DNA of 52,601 bases, from the sequence record SRR33789315_138; one strand, written 5' to 3'. Below, piece after piece: positions 10,929-20,496 of this stretch (position 1 is its first letter; each line of letters starts with the position of its first letter). The notes beneath the pieces are model-generated. The model was not told the origin of the DNA. It worked only from the letters and a program-made list of their open reading frames with translations, and did no database searches. Position numbers and translations under genes: made by a program.

Positions 10929-12428
10929 ATGAAGAAAAAACAGCTTACAGACGAGCAAGTACGCCGTATCTTTGGACTCAAGCTCCAGCAAATTCGCACA
11001 GAAAATGGGCTCTCTCTTTTTGGGTTATCTAAACTAACTGGTCTTAGTAAAAGTTATCTCAATGAGATAGAACGCGGAAAAAAATACCCAAAACCAGATA
11101 AAGTTGTACTTCTAGTTCAGGCGCTAAATACTTCCTATGATGAATTGGTGAGTATGAAATTAGAGGGTCGCATGGCTCCGCTTAGCGACATTATACAAAG
11201 TGGCATTTTAAAAGATATACCTCTCGATTTATTCGGAATTGAAGAAGCAGATATTATTGATATCATCGCAGATGCTCCGCAAAAAGTTTCTGCTTTTATC
11301 ACAACCATGTTTGAAGTTGCTCGTAATTATGATGTAACCAAAGAAAATTTTTACCTAGCCGCCCTACGCAGTTATCAAGAAAGTCAAGGTAACTATTTTG
11401 AAGATATCGAGCAAGAAGTAAGAGCTTTTGCGACCAAATTTCAATTAGACCTCTCACAAAAAATTAAATCACAGGAATTAATTGATATTCTAAAACAAGA
11501 ATTTGGGTATACACTTGATTTCATTTCGTTTAGAGAAATAGATTACCCTAGAGAAATACGCTCTATATACGTCCCACATAGCAAAAAACTATTAATAGCA
11601 GATTCTGTTTCAGAACAACAACGCGTATTCATTTTAGCAAAAGAATTAGGTTTTGCACAGTTAAAAATTACAGAAAGACCACTCACGTTTACTTGGATTA
11701 AGTTTGAAAGTTTTGAGGATGTACTTAATAATTTTAAAGCTTCCTATTTTGCAGGTTCTTTAATTATTCCAGAAAAAAACCTCGTTCAGGATGTAGCTAC
11801 TTGGCTGCAAAGTGATACTTGGAATCCTGACGTTTTTCTTGAAATGATGTTTAAATACACAGATTCTGCAGAAACCTTTTTTCAACGTCTCACCAATATT
11901 TTGCCCAGACATTTTGGATTAAAAGAGCTTTTCTTTCTACGTTTAACCTATTCTCAAGGATCTACTTTCCCAGACTTAAATAAAGAATTGCATCTAGCTA
12001 GAAACCATCAGCCACATGCTATAAAAAGTCTAGAACATTACTGCCAGCGCTGGATAAGCACAGATATCTTAAAAAACCCGCTGCTTTATCCTGAACAAAA
12101 AGAAATTCGTACCGGAATACAGCGTAGTTTATACCAAACAGGTGAGGAATATATCATCATTACCGCCAGTAATGCCGATCCTTTTGCTGAAGGCAGCACA
12201 AGAAGTGTTTGCATTGGCATCTTACTTTCAACTAAACAAAAAAAGAAAATCGGGTTTCGTACAGACCCTAAAATACCCGTGCAAACGGTAGGTGTAACTT
12301 GTGAGCGTTGTGCAATTGAAGATTGCACCGTACGTGCCGCACCGCCCAATATCTACTTAGAACAGAAAAAAAATATTGAAATCGAAAAAAAAGTGTACGC
12401 TTTAATCCGTCAAAATAAATCAGGTTAA
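10929..12428 (+). CDS. XRE-family regulator of RamB/PrpR/ScfR type (HTH + peptidase-like domain + C-terminal Cys cluster)
   Basis: N-terminal HTH (LSKSYLNEIERGK), degenerate HExxH (AKELGF), C-terminal TCERCAIEDCTVRAAPP; divergent from aceBA. Confidence 0.85.
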   Translation: MKKKQLTDEQVRRIFGLKLQQIRTENGLSLFGLSKLTGLSKSYLNEIERGKKYPKPDKVVLLVQALNTSYDELVSMKLEGRMAPLSDIIQSGILKDIPLDLFGIEEADIIDIIADAPQKVSAFITTMFEVARNYDVTKENFYLAALRSYQESQGNYFEDIEQEVRAFATKFQLDLSQKIKSQELIDILKQEFGYTLDFISFREIDYPREIRSIYVPHSKKLLIADSVSEQQRVFILAKELGFAQLKITERPLTFTWIKFESFEDVLNNFKASYFAGSLIIPEKNLVQDVATWLQSDTWNPDVFLEMMFKYTDSAETFFQRLTNILPRHFGLKELFFLRLTYSQGSTFPDLNKELHLARNHQPHAIKSLEHYCQRWISTDILKNPLLYPEQKEIRTGIQRSLYQTGEEYIIITASNADPFAEGSTRSVCIGILLSTKQKKKIGFRTDPKIPVQTVGVTCERCAIEDCTVRAAPPNIYLEQKKNIEIEKKVYALIRQNKSG

Positions 12429-12489
12429 TATACATTTGATACATATAGAAGTTTTCAGTAATTTCATCGTCTTGGACTAACGTTACTGC

Positions 12490-13731
12490 ATGGATTACAG
12501 AACAGATGAAATTATTGCCAGAATTGAAGAATTAAGCACCATTAGCGATTCAAAAGAATGTCTTTCCCGCTACTTTGGTACCAATGCGCATAACAAAGCG
12601 AGCCGTTTGTTGATTAAATGGATGAATGAGGCTGGGCTTCAGGTTACTTATGATAACATTGGTAACGTGCGTGGTGTATTGCACAGCACCAATAAAAATG
12701 CAAAATATTTGGTCATTGGTTCGCATTACGATACCGTTTTTAATGCCGGAAAATACGATGGTCCTTTAGGACTCATTATGGGTATTGAGATTGCAAAAAA
12801 ATGCATCGAGAATCAAAAAGAACTTCCTTTTCACCTGATGATCGCTGGATTTACTGACGAAGAAGGTGGTCGTTTTAATACCGCTTATTTAGGAAGTAGC
12901 GTGCTAGCAGGATCTTTTGATAAAAATTGGCTTACGCGAAAAGATAAAGACGGGATTACACTTGAAGAGGTTATTAAAGAAGCTATCGGGAATCCTTCAA
13001 AAATTGATGGTGATGCCATTCCAGCCGAAGATTGGTTGGGCTATTTTGAAATTCATATCGAGCAAGGCCCTGTACTTTGTGAAACCTGTCAGCCGGTTTG
13101 TCTGGTAAGTAGTATCGCAAGTCAAACCCGTATAGAAATCTGTTGGGAAGGCATTGCCGGTCACGCAGGGACTTCGCCTATGAACTTACGCAGCGATGCG
13201 CTTTGCGCCGCGGCAGATTTTATTAGCACTATTGAAAATCTTGGGCAATCACATCAAGAAAAATTGGTCGCTACCGTGGGGAAATTGAATGTATTACCCA
13301 ACAGTTCTAATGTCATTCCGGGTTTTGTCTATCACAGTATCGATATACGAAGTGAGGATGAAGCTTTTTTAAACCAAATGGTTGAAGAATTAGAAACCAA
13401 AGGAAAAGAAATAGCGGCAAAAAGAAATATCAAATTTTCTTGGAAACTCATGCAGACCAATCCGGCCGTGCGTTGTGATAACCAACTCAATATTGCCTTG
13501 CAAAAAAGCATCCAACAAGCCGGAATAGACAGTTCGTTAGCCATTGTGAGCGGTGCGGGTCATGACGGCGTGATGATTTCAAAAGTTGCGCCCATTTCTA
13601 TGCTTTTTGTACGGTGCAAAGAAGGTGTAAGCCACAACCCTGCAGAATTTACAGAACCAGAAGATATCAAAGCTGCCCTTGCGGTTTGCGATAATTATAT
13701 AAACGAATTGACAACCCTTTTTCAAGAATAA
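12490..13731 (+). CDS. allC: Allantoate amidohydrolase (M20 family)
   Basis: GSHYDTV..AGKYDGPLG, EIHIEQGPVL, AGHAGTSPM, SGAGHDG, SHNPAE; directly upstream of allE. Confidence 0.8.
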   Translation: MDYRTDEIIARIEELSTISDSKECLSRYFGTNAHNKASRLLIKWMNEAGLQVTYDNIGNVRGVLHSTNKNAKYLVIGSHYDTVFNAGKYDGPLGLIMGIEIAKKCIENQKELPFHLMIAGFTDEEGGRFNTAYLGSSVLAGSFDKNWLTRKDKDGITLEEVIKEAIGNPSKIDGDAIPAEDWLGYFEIHIEQGPVLCETCQPVCLVSSIASQTRIEICWEGIAGHAGTSPMNLRSDALCAAADFISTIENLGQSHQEKLVATVGKLNVLPNSSNVIPGFVYHSIDIRSEDEAFLNQMVEELETKGKEIAAKRNIKFSWKLMQTNPAVRCDNQLNIALQKSIQQAGIDSSLAIVSGAGHDGVMISKVAPISMLFVRCKEGVSHNPAEFTEPEDIKAALAVCDNYINELTTLFQE

Positions 13732-13735
13732 ACCT

Positions 13736-14497
13736 ATGCAAAATATACCACTTACGTCGCTTTCAAGAACGGTAGTAGCCCACGATCACGCACTCATTAC
13801 CGGCGACGGATTTGTAAACAGCAAAATTCCAAATTGGGATAATTGCGAAGTTAATGTGGTGATTAATGAAGCGATGGGTGCAGATTTCTGTCAGCTTTTG
13901 GTAACACTAGAAACGAGTGCTGTACTAAAAGGTACAACCGAGCAAGCACAGATTTTTTTCTATATTATAGAAGGTTCTTGTAAAATCAACATTGATGGTC
14001 AAGAAAGTGAACTTGCTACTGGATCTTATGTGTATATCCCTATCGGTAAAAAATATCACTTTGATCAAGCCGAAGCGAACACCAAAATTCTCACTTTTCA
14101 TAAGGTATATGAAGATCTGGAAGGTCATGAAATACCCGAAGTTTTATTCGGTTCCAGAACTTCTGTTGAGCAAACACTGTTCAATAATGATCCTAATTTA
14201 TTAATGCAGAACCTATTGCCAGACCAGACAGATCTTGCTTTTGATATGGCTGTCAATATTTTCACTTACGCGCCTGGAGCCGTGCTTCCTTTCGTAGAAA
14301 CCCACATTATGGAACACGGCCTTTTATACCTAGAAGGACAAGGCATTTACCGTCTGGCAGACCAATGGTATCCCGTAAAAAAGGGTGACGCGATCTGGAT
14401 GGCGCCTTATTGTCCGCAGTGGTTTGGGGCTTTTGGCACCGAGCCCGCCGTGTATATTTATTATAAAAATGTAAACCGTTTCCCCACTATCATCTAA
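13736..14497 (+). CDS. allE: (S)-ureidoglycine aminohydrolase (bicupin)
   Basis: ETHIMEHG..LEGQGIYRL, IWMAPYCPQW, YIYYKNVNR. Confidence 0.9.
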   Translation: MQNIPLTSLSRTVVAHDHALITGDGFVNSKIPNWDNCEVNVVINEAMGADFCQLLVTLETSAVLKGTTEQAQIFFYIIEGSCKINIDGQESELATGSYVYIPIGKKYHFDQAEANTKILTFHKVYEDLEGHEIPEVLFGSRTSVEQTLFNNDPNLLMQNLLPDQTDLAFDMAVNIFTYAPGAVLPFVETHIMEHGLLYLEGQGIYRLADQWYPVKKGDAIWMAPYCPQWFGAFGTEPAVYIYYKNVNRFPTII

Positions 14498-14507
14498 AGC
14501 CAAGTCT

Positions 14508-15725
14508 ATGCAGATACATGAAGAACTTAAAACTTTGGCCGGATTTTCCGCTAGCGAAAACCCTTCAGTAACCCGAATTTTATATACCCAAAACGATCTG
14601 GAAGCGCGCGCGTATTTTATTTCGCTTTGCAAAAAATTAGATCTTTCCGTTCGCGTAGATCCTATCGGGAACACCTTTGTGCGCTGGGAAGGCTCGCAGC
14701 CTGAACTTTCTGCCGTGGGCACCGGTTCACATATCGATGCTATTCCGCTTTCTGGGCAATATGATGGTACGGTTGGGGTTTTTGGTGGTTTGGAAGCTAT
14801 CAGGTATCTAAAAAATTTAGGATACCAACCCAAACGTTCTATTGAGATTTTATTGTTTACTGCAGAAGAACCCACGCGTTTTAAAATTGGCTGTCTGGGA
14901 AGCCGGATGTTAGGCGGACAATTATCCCCAGAAAAAGCTGAAAAACTTACAGACAGTGAAGGTCTTTTTCTTAATCCCGTTAGAACCGAAGCTGGGTTTA
15001 AAGGAAACTTGGAAGATGTTGCACTGCCTAAAGAGTACTACCATGCTTTTGTAGAATTACATATTGAGCAAGGTCCTATTCTGGATGCGGAAGGTATTGA
15101 TATCGGGATTGTGACCAAAATTGCAGCACCCAGTACGTTGCGTGTAAAACTCGTAGGACGTGGTGGTCATGCAGGTGCTGTTTTGATGCCCGCACGCCGG
15201 GATGCAGGTGTTGCCGGTGCAGAAATTATGCTGGCTGTTGAACGCATCGTTATTGAATCAGACAGTCCAGATACCGTAGGAACTACAGGTATTTTTGACA
15301 TTTTGCCTAGAGCTGTAAATAGTATCCCGAAAGAAGCCTATCTGGAAATTGACTTGCGCGACACCAATCCGGAAACCCGTGACAAAGCCCTAAATGATCT
15401 TCAGGAAGAAATAAAAGCCATAACCCAACGCCGAAACATAGAAGTTACTGTAGAAATGGTCAACTGTGACCCACCAGCTATTTGCGACACCCATTTAGTT
15501 GATGTTATCGAAAAAATGGCAGATGAGCTAGGCTATTCTTCAAAAAAGATGGTGAGCAGAGCCTATCACGATTCCTTATTTATGGCACAAGTCTGCCCTA
15601 CTACAATGATTTTTATCCCGTGTAAAGATGGAGTGAGTCACAGACCGGACGAATACAGTTCACCGGATCAAATCGAAAAAGGGGTGAAAACTTTAGCACT
15701 TACCTTGCAGGAATTAGCTGGGTAA
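14508..15725 (+). CDS. M20 amidohydrolase, probable plant-type ureidoglycolate amidohydrolase (UAH)
   Basis: VTRILYT, GSHIDAIP.SG.YDG, EEPTRF.I.CLGSR and SRAYHDSLFMA motifs recalled from plant UAH; follows allC-allE. Confidence 0.75.
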   Translation: MQIHEELKTLAGFSASENPSVTRILYTQNDLEARAYFISLCKKLDLSVRVDPIGNTFVRWEGSQPELSAVGTGSHIDAIPLSGQYDGTVGVFGGLEAIRYLKNLGYQPKRSIEILLFTAEEPTRFKIGCLGSRMLGGQLSPEKAEKLTDSEGLFLNPVRTEAGFKGNLEDVALPKEYYHAFVELHIEQGPILDAEGIDIGIVTKIAAPSTLRVKLVGRGGHAGAVLMPARRDAGVAGAEIMLAVERIVIESDSPDTVGTTGIFDILPRAVNSIPKEAYLEIDLRDTNPETRDKALNDLQEEIKAITQRRNIEVTVEMVNCDPPAICDTHLVDVIEKMADELGYSSKKMVSRAYHDSLFMAQVCPTTMIFIPCKDGVSHRPDEYSSPDQIEKGVKTLALTLQELAG

Positions 15726-15826
15726 TTATTGCAATCATTTTTATAATTCCTGAAGCTGTTTGTTATTTTTTAAGTTTTTTCATTGACTTATGATTCTGTT
15801 TATCTAAAATTGGAAAAATCAAAATA

Positions 15827-15858
15827 TTACCATATTGGTAAGTTTTTTAATATCTTTG
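15827..15858 (+). promoter_or_regulatory. higBA promoter/operator
   Basis: Palindrome TTACCA-tat-TGGTAA (15827-15841) and Bacteroidota -7 element TATCTTTG (15851-15858). Confidence 0.6.
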
Positions 15859-15874
15859 TGTCAAATAGGTTATT

Positions 15875-16168
15875 TTGAGGGTTATTGCAAAACGGACATT
15901 GCGAGAATTTTGGGAACAAAACCCAGATAGTGAACAGCAATTATTGTCTTGGTATCAGGAAACATCCAAAAAAGAATGGGAAAGCCCAAACGAAATCAAA
16001 GAACAATACGCATCAGCAAGCATTCTAAAAAATAGTCGCGTTGTTTTCAATATTTGCGGAAACAAATACCGATTGATTGTGGAAATCAACTTCCCAAGAA
16101 AATGGTTTTTTGTTCGATTTATTGGAACTCATAAAGAATATGACAAAATTGACGCAAACAACATCTGA
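15875..16168 (+). CDS. higB: Type II TA toxin, HigB (RelE-like) family
   Basis: MRVIAKRTLREFW, RVVFNICGNKYRLIV, RFIGTHKEYDK; TTG start. Confidence 0.92.
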   Translation: MRVIAKRTLREFWEQNPDSEQQLLSWYQETSKKEWESPNEIKEQYASASILKNSRVVFNICGNKYRLIVEINFPRKWFFVRFIGTHKEYDKIDANNI

Positions 16169-16169
16169 T

Positions 16170-16526
16170 ATGGAAATTAAAGCAATTAAAACAGAAGAAG
16201 ATTACAACCAAGCTTTAGAACGCTTGGGAAAAATTTTTCACGTAAAAGTAGACACTCCTGAAGGCGATGAGGCAGAAATCCTTTCTATTTTGATTGAAAA
16301 ATTTGAGGACAAACATTATCCAATTGGAATGCCTGACCCAATTGAGGCAATCAAATTCCGAATGGAACAGATGAATATGAAACAAAAGGATTTGGCTGAA
16401 GTTATGGGATTCTCAAGTCGAGTAAGTGAAATTTTAAACAAAAAGCGCAAACTGACTTTGGATATGATAAGAAAACTAAATACTACGCTTCATATTCCGA
16501 CTGATGTTTTAGTTCAAGATTATTAA
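16170..16526 (+). CDS. higA: Type II TA antitoxin, HigA family (HTH)
   Basis: IKTEEDYNQAL, PDPIEAIKFRMEQ, SRVSEILNKKRKLTL; ATG at 16170 directly after the toxin stop. Confidence 0.92.
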   Translation: MEIKAIKTEEDYNQALERLGKIFHVKVDTPEGDEAEILSILIEKFEDKHYPIGMPDPIEAIKFRMEQMNMKQKDLAEVMGFSSRVSEILNKKRKLTLDMIRKLNTTLHIPTDVLVQDY

Positions 16527-16571
16527 TGAAATACCCGCAACTAAAATCTCTTTAATAAACCTACGAGCCGA

Positions 16572-16604
16572 AATAGAAAAACTATCCGGATAATCCGGAT
16601 AGTT
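16572..16604 (-). terminator. Terminator of the aminotransferase gene
   Basis: AACTATCCGGA-taa-TCCGGATAGTT with a minus-strand T-rich tail. Confidence 0.7.
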
Positions 16605-16636
16605 GAATCTTAAGAGACTACCTCTGGTTCTATATC

Positions 16637-17749
16637 CTACAACAACTCCCGCAAAGCGCCTACTAGCATATTTACGTGATTTTCGGTGCAGCTTTCGCCC
16701 ATAATCCCTATACGCCAAATTTTTCCAGCAAAATCTCCCAGTCCGCCACCAACTTCAATATTAAATTCATTCAGTAATTGACCGCGTAACTTGGCTTCAT
16801 CTTGTACACTTTCCGGTAAAAAAACCGAATTTAAATTAGGTAATCGATAATCTTCAGCTACTAAATAACTAAAACCTAATTCCTCCAGTTGACTTTTTAA
16901 ATATTCATGCACTGCATAATGACGTTCCCAACGTTTTTCCAAACCTTCTTCCAAAACCAAATTTAATGCTTCGTGTAGCGCATAGATCGAAGAAACAGGT
17001 GCGGTATGGTGATAGGCTCGTTTGGCACCAGCCCAATAATTCTTGACCAAATTCAGGTCTAAAAACCAACTTTGAACGGGCGTTTTTCGATTTTCCAATG
17101 CGGCTACTGCTCTAGGTGAAAAACTTACCGGTGACAATCCCGGAGGCGCACTGAGGTTTTTTTGAGTTCCGGTATAGATGGCGTCAATTCCCCATTCATC
17201 TACCTTCAGCGGCACACCACAATAGGAAGTCACAGCATCCACTACCAGTAATGAACCTGCTGCGTGTACAATTTCACTAATCTTATCCAAAGGTTGCAAA
17301 GCGCCTGTAGAGGTTTCGGCATGTACCAAAGCAACCATTTTAGGATTGGGACAGGTTTCTAATGCTTCTTCCATCTGTGCTTCGGTAGTAACTTCTCCCC
17401 AAGGCGTGATCACTTTATGTACTTTGGCACCACAACGTTCTGCAATAGCAGCCATTCTTCCACCAAAAACACCATTGATACATATAATACATGCATCTCC
17501 CGGTTCTAAAAGATTGACCAAACAGGTTTCCATCCCAGCACTTCCCGGCGCAGAAACAACAAACGTTAATTGGTTTTGAGTCAAAAATGTTTGTTGCACC
17601 ATATCTTTAACCTCATCCATCATTTTTACAAAATGGGGATCAAGATGTCCTATTAACGGACTGGCCATGGCTTTTAAAACACGTGGATGTGCATCTGAAG
17701 GGCCCGGGCCCATTAAAATACGTTTGGGAGGATTAAATGTATAACTCAT
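16637..17749 (-). CDS. Class V PLP aminotransferase, alanine/serine-glyoxylate aminotransferase-like
   Basis: LMGPGPS, GHLDP, VHAETSTG, TGTQK (PLP Lys), YHHTAP. Confidence 0.85.
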   Translation of the reverse strand: MSYTFNPPKRILMGPGPSDAHPRVLKAMASPLIGHLDPHFVKMMDEVKDMVQQTFLTQNQLTFVVSAPGSAGMETCLVNLLEPGDACIICINGVFGGRMAAIAERCGAKVHKVITPWGEVTTEAQMEEALETCPNPKMVALVHAETSTGALQPLDKISEIVHAAGSLLVVDAVTSYCGVPLKVDEWGIDAIYTGTQKNLSAPPGLSPVSFSPRAVAALENRKTPVQSWFLDLNLVKNYWAGAKRAYHHTAPVSSIYALHEALNLVLEEGLEKRWERHYAVHEYLKSQLEELGFSYLVAEDYRLPNLNSVFLPESVQDEAKLRGQLLNEFNIEVGGGLGDFAGKIWRIGIMGESCTENHVNMLVGALRELL

Positions 17750-17885
17750 ATAAATAGTTTTAGATTGGTGCCGCTATCTGCGGAAAAATTTTAAAAAAAG
17801 TCAAGAGGATAAATTTAAAGCAAACCAGTAGCAATGCCAACATACCTGAAAGAAAGTTGCTACAGAAAAAGCTTAATTTTGTCCT

Positions 17886-18668
17886 ATGTTTGACTGGATT
17901 GATGTGCTAAACACCTTTAAGCAACAACGAGAAGCCGTTGCACTGGTGACTGTGACCCAAATTTTAGGTTCGGCACCGTGTGTGGTTGGCTCCCGAATGG
18001 TCGTCAAGCGGGATGGAACTCTTTTTGGAACCATAGGTGGCGGAAAATTAGAGTTTCTAGCCATTGATGAAGCTTTAAAAGCTATAACCACAAACAAACT
18101 ACTGGAAATTAGCTATACCTTGGGCCCTGAATTTGAACAATGCTGTGGCGGAAAAGTAGAAATACTAATAGAACCTATGAATCAAGCTCCTCAACTTTTT
18201 GTGTTTGGTGCCGGCCATATTGGGGTCGAAATCGCTACATTGGTACAAAACACCCCTTTTCAGGTTACCCTGATCGATAGTCGGGAAGGCTGGCTGGATA
18301 ATCTGAATTTAGATAAAAGCATAGGCAAGACGACCTTAGATTTAACCGATTTCAAAATAGTTAAAGATGCGGTGCAATGGGGCGAGCATTGTTATATACT
18401 CGTACTGACCCACGATCATACGCTGGATTTTGAACTCATTGCCATGGCGTTAAAAAATCAAACTAAATACCTCGGTCTAATAGGCAGTAAAACTAAAAGA
18501 GCTCGTTTTAATAAGATGCTAATTGATGAAATGGGAATCGAAGAAGGGATGCAAAATGTGGTCTGCCCCATTGGTTTGCCTATAGGTGGTGATACCCCAA
18601 AAGAAATTGCCATTAGCGTGATCGCACAATTGTTACAAGTGAATTATGGAGAAAATGCAAAACATTAA
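17886..18668 (+). CDS. xdhC: Xanthine dehydrogenase accessory protein XdhC
   Basis: GTIGGGKLE, QCCGG, FGAGHIG, THDHTLD, GLIGSKTK, CPIGL. Confidence 0.92.
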   Translation: MFDWIDVLNTFKQQREAVALVTVTQILGSAPCVVGSRMVVKRDGTLFGTIGGGKLEFLAIDEALKAITTNKLLEISYTLGPEFEQCCGGKVEILIEPMNQAPQLFVFGAGHIGVEIATLVQNTPFQVTLIDSREGWLDNLNLDKSIGKTTLDLTDFKIVKDAVQWGEHCYILVLTHDHTLDFELIAMALKNQTKYLGLIGSKTKRARFNKMLIDEMGIEEGMQNVVCPIGLPIGGDTPKEIAISVIAQLLQVNYGENAKH

Positions 18669-18677
18669 GAAAGCCTG

Positions 18678-19553
18678 ATGACTAACGAACAAGCTGCTAT
18701 TCGAACCACTTATTTTAGTCTTATTGGCAATATAAGCCTTGCATTCATTAAGGGTCTGGCTGGTATTTTTGGGAATTCATATGCGCTTATTGCCGATGCT
18801 ATCGAATCAACGACAGATGTTTTTGCCTCACTTTTAGTTCTTTTTGGATTTCATTATGCCAAACGTCCTGCTGACGAAAATCATCCATACGGTCACGGAA
18901 AAATAGAACCGCTAATCACCTTTCTCGTGGTTGCATTTCTAGTGATTTCTGCAGCACTAATTGCCCACGAAAGCATTCATAACATCAGAACTCCGCATAA
19001 AAGTCCAAAAGCGTGGACGCTTATTATTTTAGGCGGAATTATTCTTTGGAAAGAAATTTCCTATCGCATTGTGATCAAAAAAAGTATCGAGACACACAGT
19101 ACTTCGTTAAAGGCTGATGCCTGGCACCACCGAAGCGATGCCATTACTTCTGTGATGGCATTTATTGGGATCTCTATTGCATTAATACTTGGTAAAGGAT
19201 ATGAAGCTGCAGACGATTGGGCAGCTTTACTGGCCGCTGGTTTTATTTTATACAACAGTTATCTGATTTTTAGACCTGCGCTGGGCGAAATTATGGATGA
19301 ACATGTGTATGATGACCTGATTGCTGAAATTCGAATAATTTCAGCAGAGGTAGATGGTATTCTAGGAACCGAAAAATGTTATATCCGCAAAGCAGGAATG
19401 CGTTATCATGTAGATTTACATGCCATTGTAGATGGTCGTATTTCTGTAAAAAATGGACATGACCTCGCCCATAAACTTCAGGATACCTTACACGAAAAAA
19501 TTCCCAATCTTGCGCAAGTGTTAATTCATATTGAGCCGGATGAAATAAATTAA
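18678..19553 (+). CDS. Cation diffusion facilitator (FieF-like) transporter
   Basis: ALIADAIES, PADENHPYGHGKIE, ADAWHHRSD, IHIEP. Confidence 0.92.
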   Translation: MTNEQAAIRTTYFSLIGNISLAFIKGLAGIFGNSYALIADAIESTTDVFASLLVLFGFHYAKRPADENHPYGHGKIEPLITFLVVAFLVISAALIAHESIHNIRTPHKSPKAWTLIILGGIILWKEISYRIVIKKSIETHSTSLKADAWHHRSDAITSVMAFIGISIALILGKGYEAADDWAALLAAGFILYNSYLIFRPALGEIMDEHVYDDLIAEIRIISAEVDGILGTEKCYIRKAGMRYHVDLHAIVDGRISVKNGHDLAHKLQDTLHEKIPNLAQVLIHIEPDEIN

Positions 19554-19671
19554 AGTCATCTTCTTTTTTTGTAATCCCATAAGTTTTATTGTCTAAAAAT
19601 TGACTTGTAATTTTAACACACTAATTACAAACTAATAATCTTTTATTTATATTTACTTCTTTAGTGGTTTA

Positions 19672-20496
19672 ATGCTTGCTTCAAGAAAAACTTTATTTAA
19701 ATCCGAAAGAGTATTCACTACGGGGGAAATTCCTCTATTGGTTACTTGTTCAGATTTCACAGACTGGGTATGTAAACATGGAAGAATGCATTCATCTTCC
19801 TTATTTAATGAAGTAATTGGCTCTAAATTTGCGAAAATATGGAAATTGAAAACGCCTCCTATTTCTTTAATAGAAGTTTCCAAAGATCACCTTCCTAATA
19901 ATTATTTAAATAAAGTTCAACCTGCTTTTTTCAATAAACCTTGTTTTGGATCTTTTTATATAGAAAATAGTCAAGTTGTAGATAAAACATTACTACCGTC
20001 AATTAGAAAAGCTAATTTTCGAAGAAAAATTGCGAATAAAAAAGATATATTAAAAATAGCTCTATTTGATATTTGGCTGAGTAATGAAGATAGGCATCAT
20101 GCCAATAGCAATTTACTCTTGGATCAAACAATTATAGATGAATATTACTTTAATGTCTTTGACCATGGTGCAATATTTAATTCAAATTCATTAATTCGTG
20201 GATTATATTTAATTGATAATAATGAGTCCATTATATATTCTGAATTAGTAAGGATACTTTTTAGTAAGGTTAACAATTTAACAGAAATTGTTGATAACAT
20301 TGTTCAAGAATTTTACCTTTACACAACAGTATGTGAACAGGAATTAAGTAATATCTTAATGGATATTCCTGATGAATGGGAATTAAATCTGGAAAATTTA
20401 GAATTACATTTGCGTAAAAATTTATTTGCAGATAAATGGCATAAGGATTGCGAAATTCATTTTAGAACATTAATACAAGCTTATATTATAAAATAA
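19672..20496 (+). CDS. HipA-like (PI3/4-kinase fold) kinase
   Basis: WVCK (ATP Lys), LFNEVIG, FDIWLSNEDRH..N.NLLL catalytic loop, FDHG Mg-binding motif; very AT-rich. Confidence 0.8.
   Translation: MLASRKTLFKSERVFTTGEIPLLVTCSDFTDWVCKHGRMHSSSLFNEVIGSKFAKIWKLKTPPISLIEVSKDHLPNNYLNKVQPAFFNKPCFGSFYIENSQVVDKTLLPSIRKANFRRKIANKKDILKIALFDIWLSNEDRHHANSNLLLDQTIIDEYYFNVFDHGAIFNSNSLIRGLYLIDNNESIIYSELVRILFSKVNNLTEIVDNIVQEFYLYTTVCEQELSNILMDIPDEWELNLENLELHLRKNLFADKWHKDCEIHFRTLIQAYIIK

Noticed and set aside
10929-12428. Regulator as an active IrrE-like protease or defence gene
   Set aside because: HExxH is degenerate (KELGF), and the Cys-rich tail and ace context fit a RamB/ScfR metabolic regulator
16077-16169. 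Longer 149-aa version of HigA
   Set aside because: It overlaps higB; the family-typical start is the ATG at 16170
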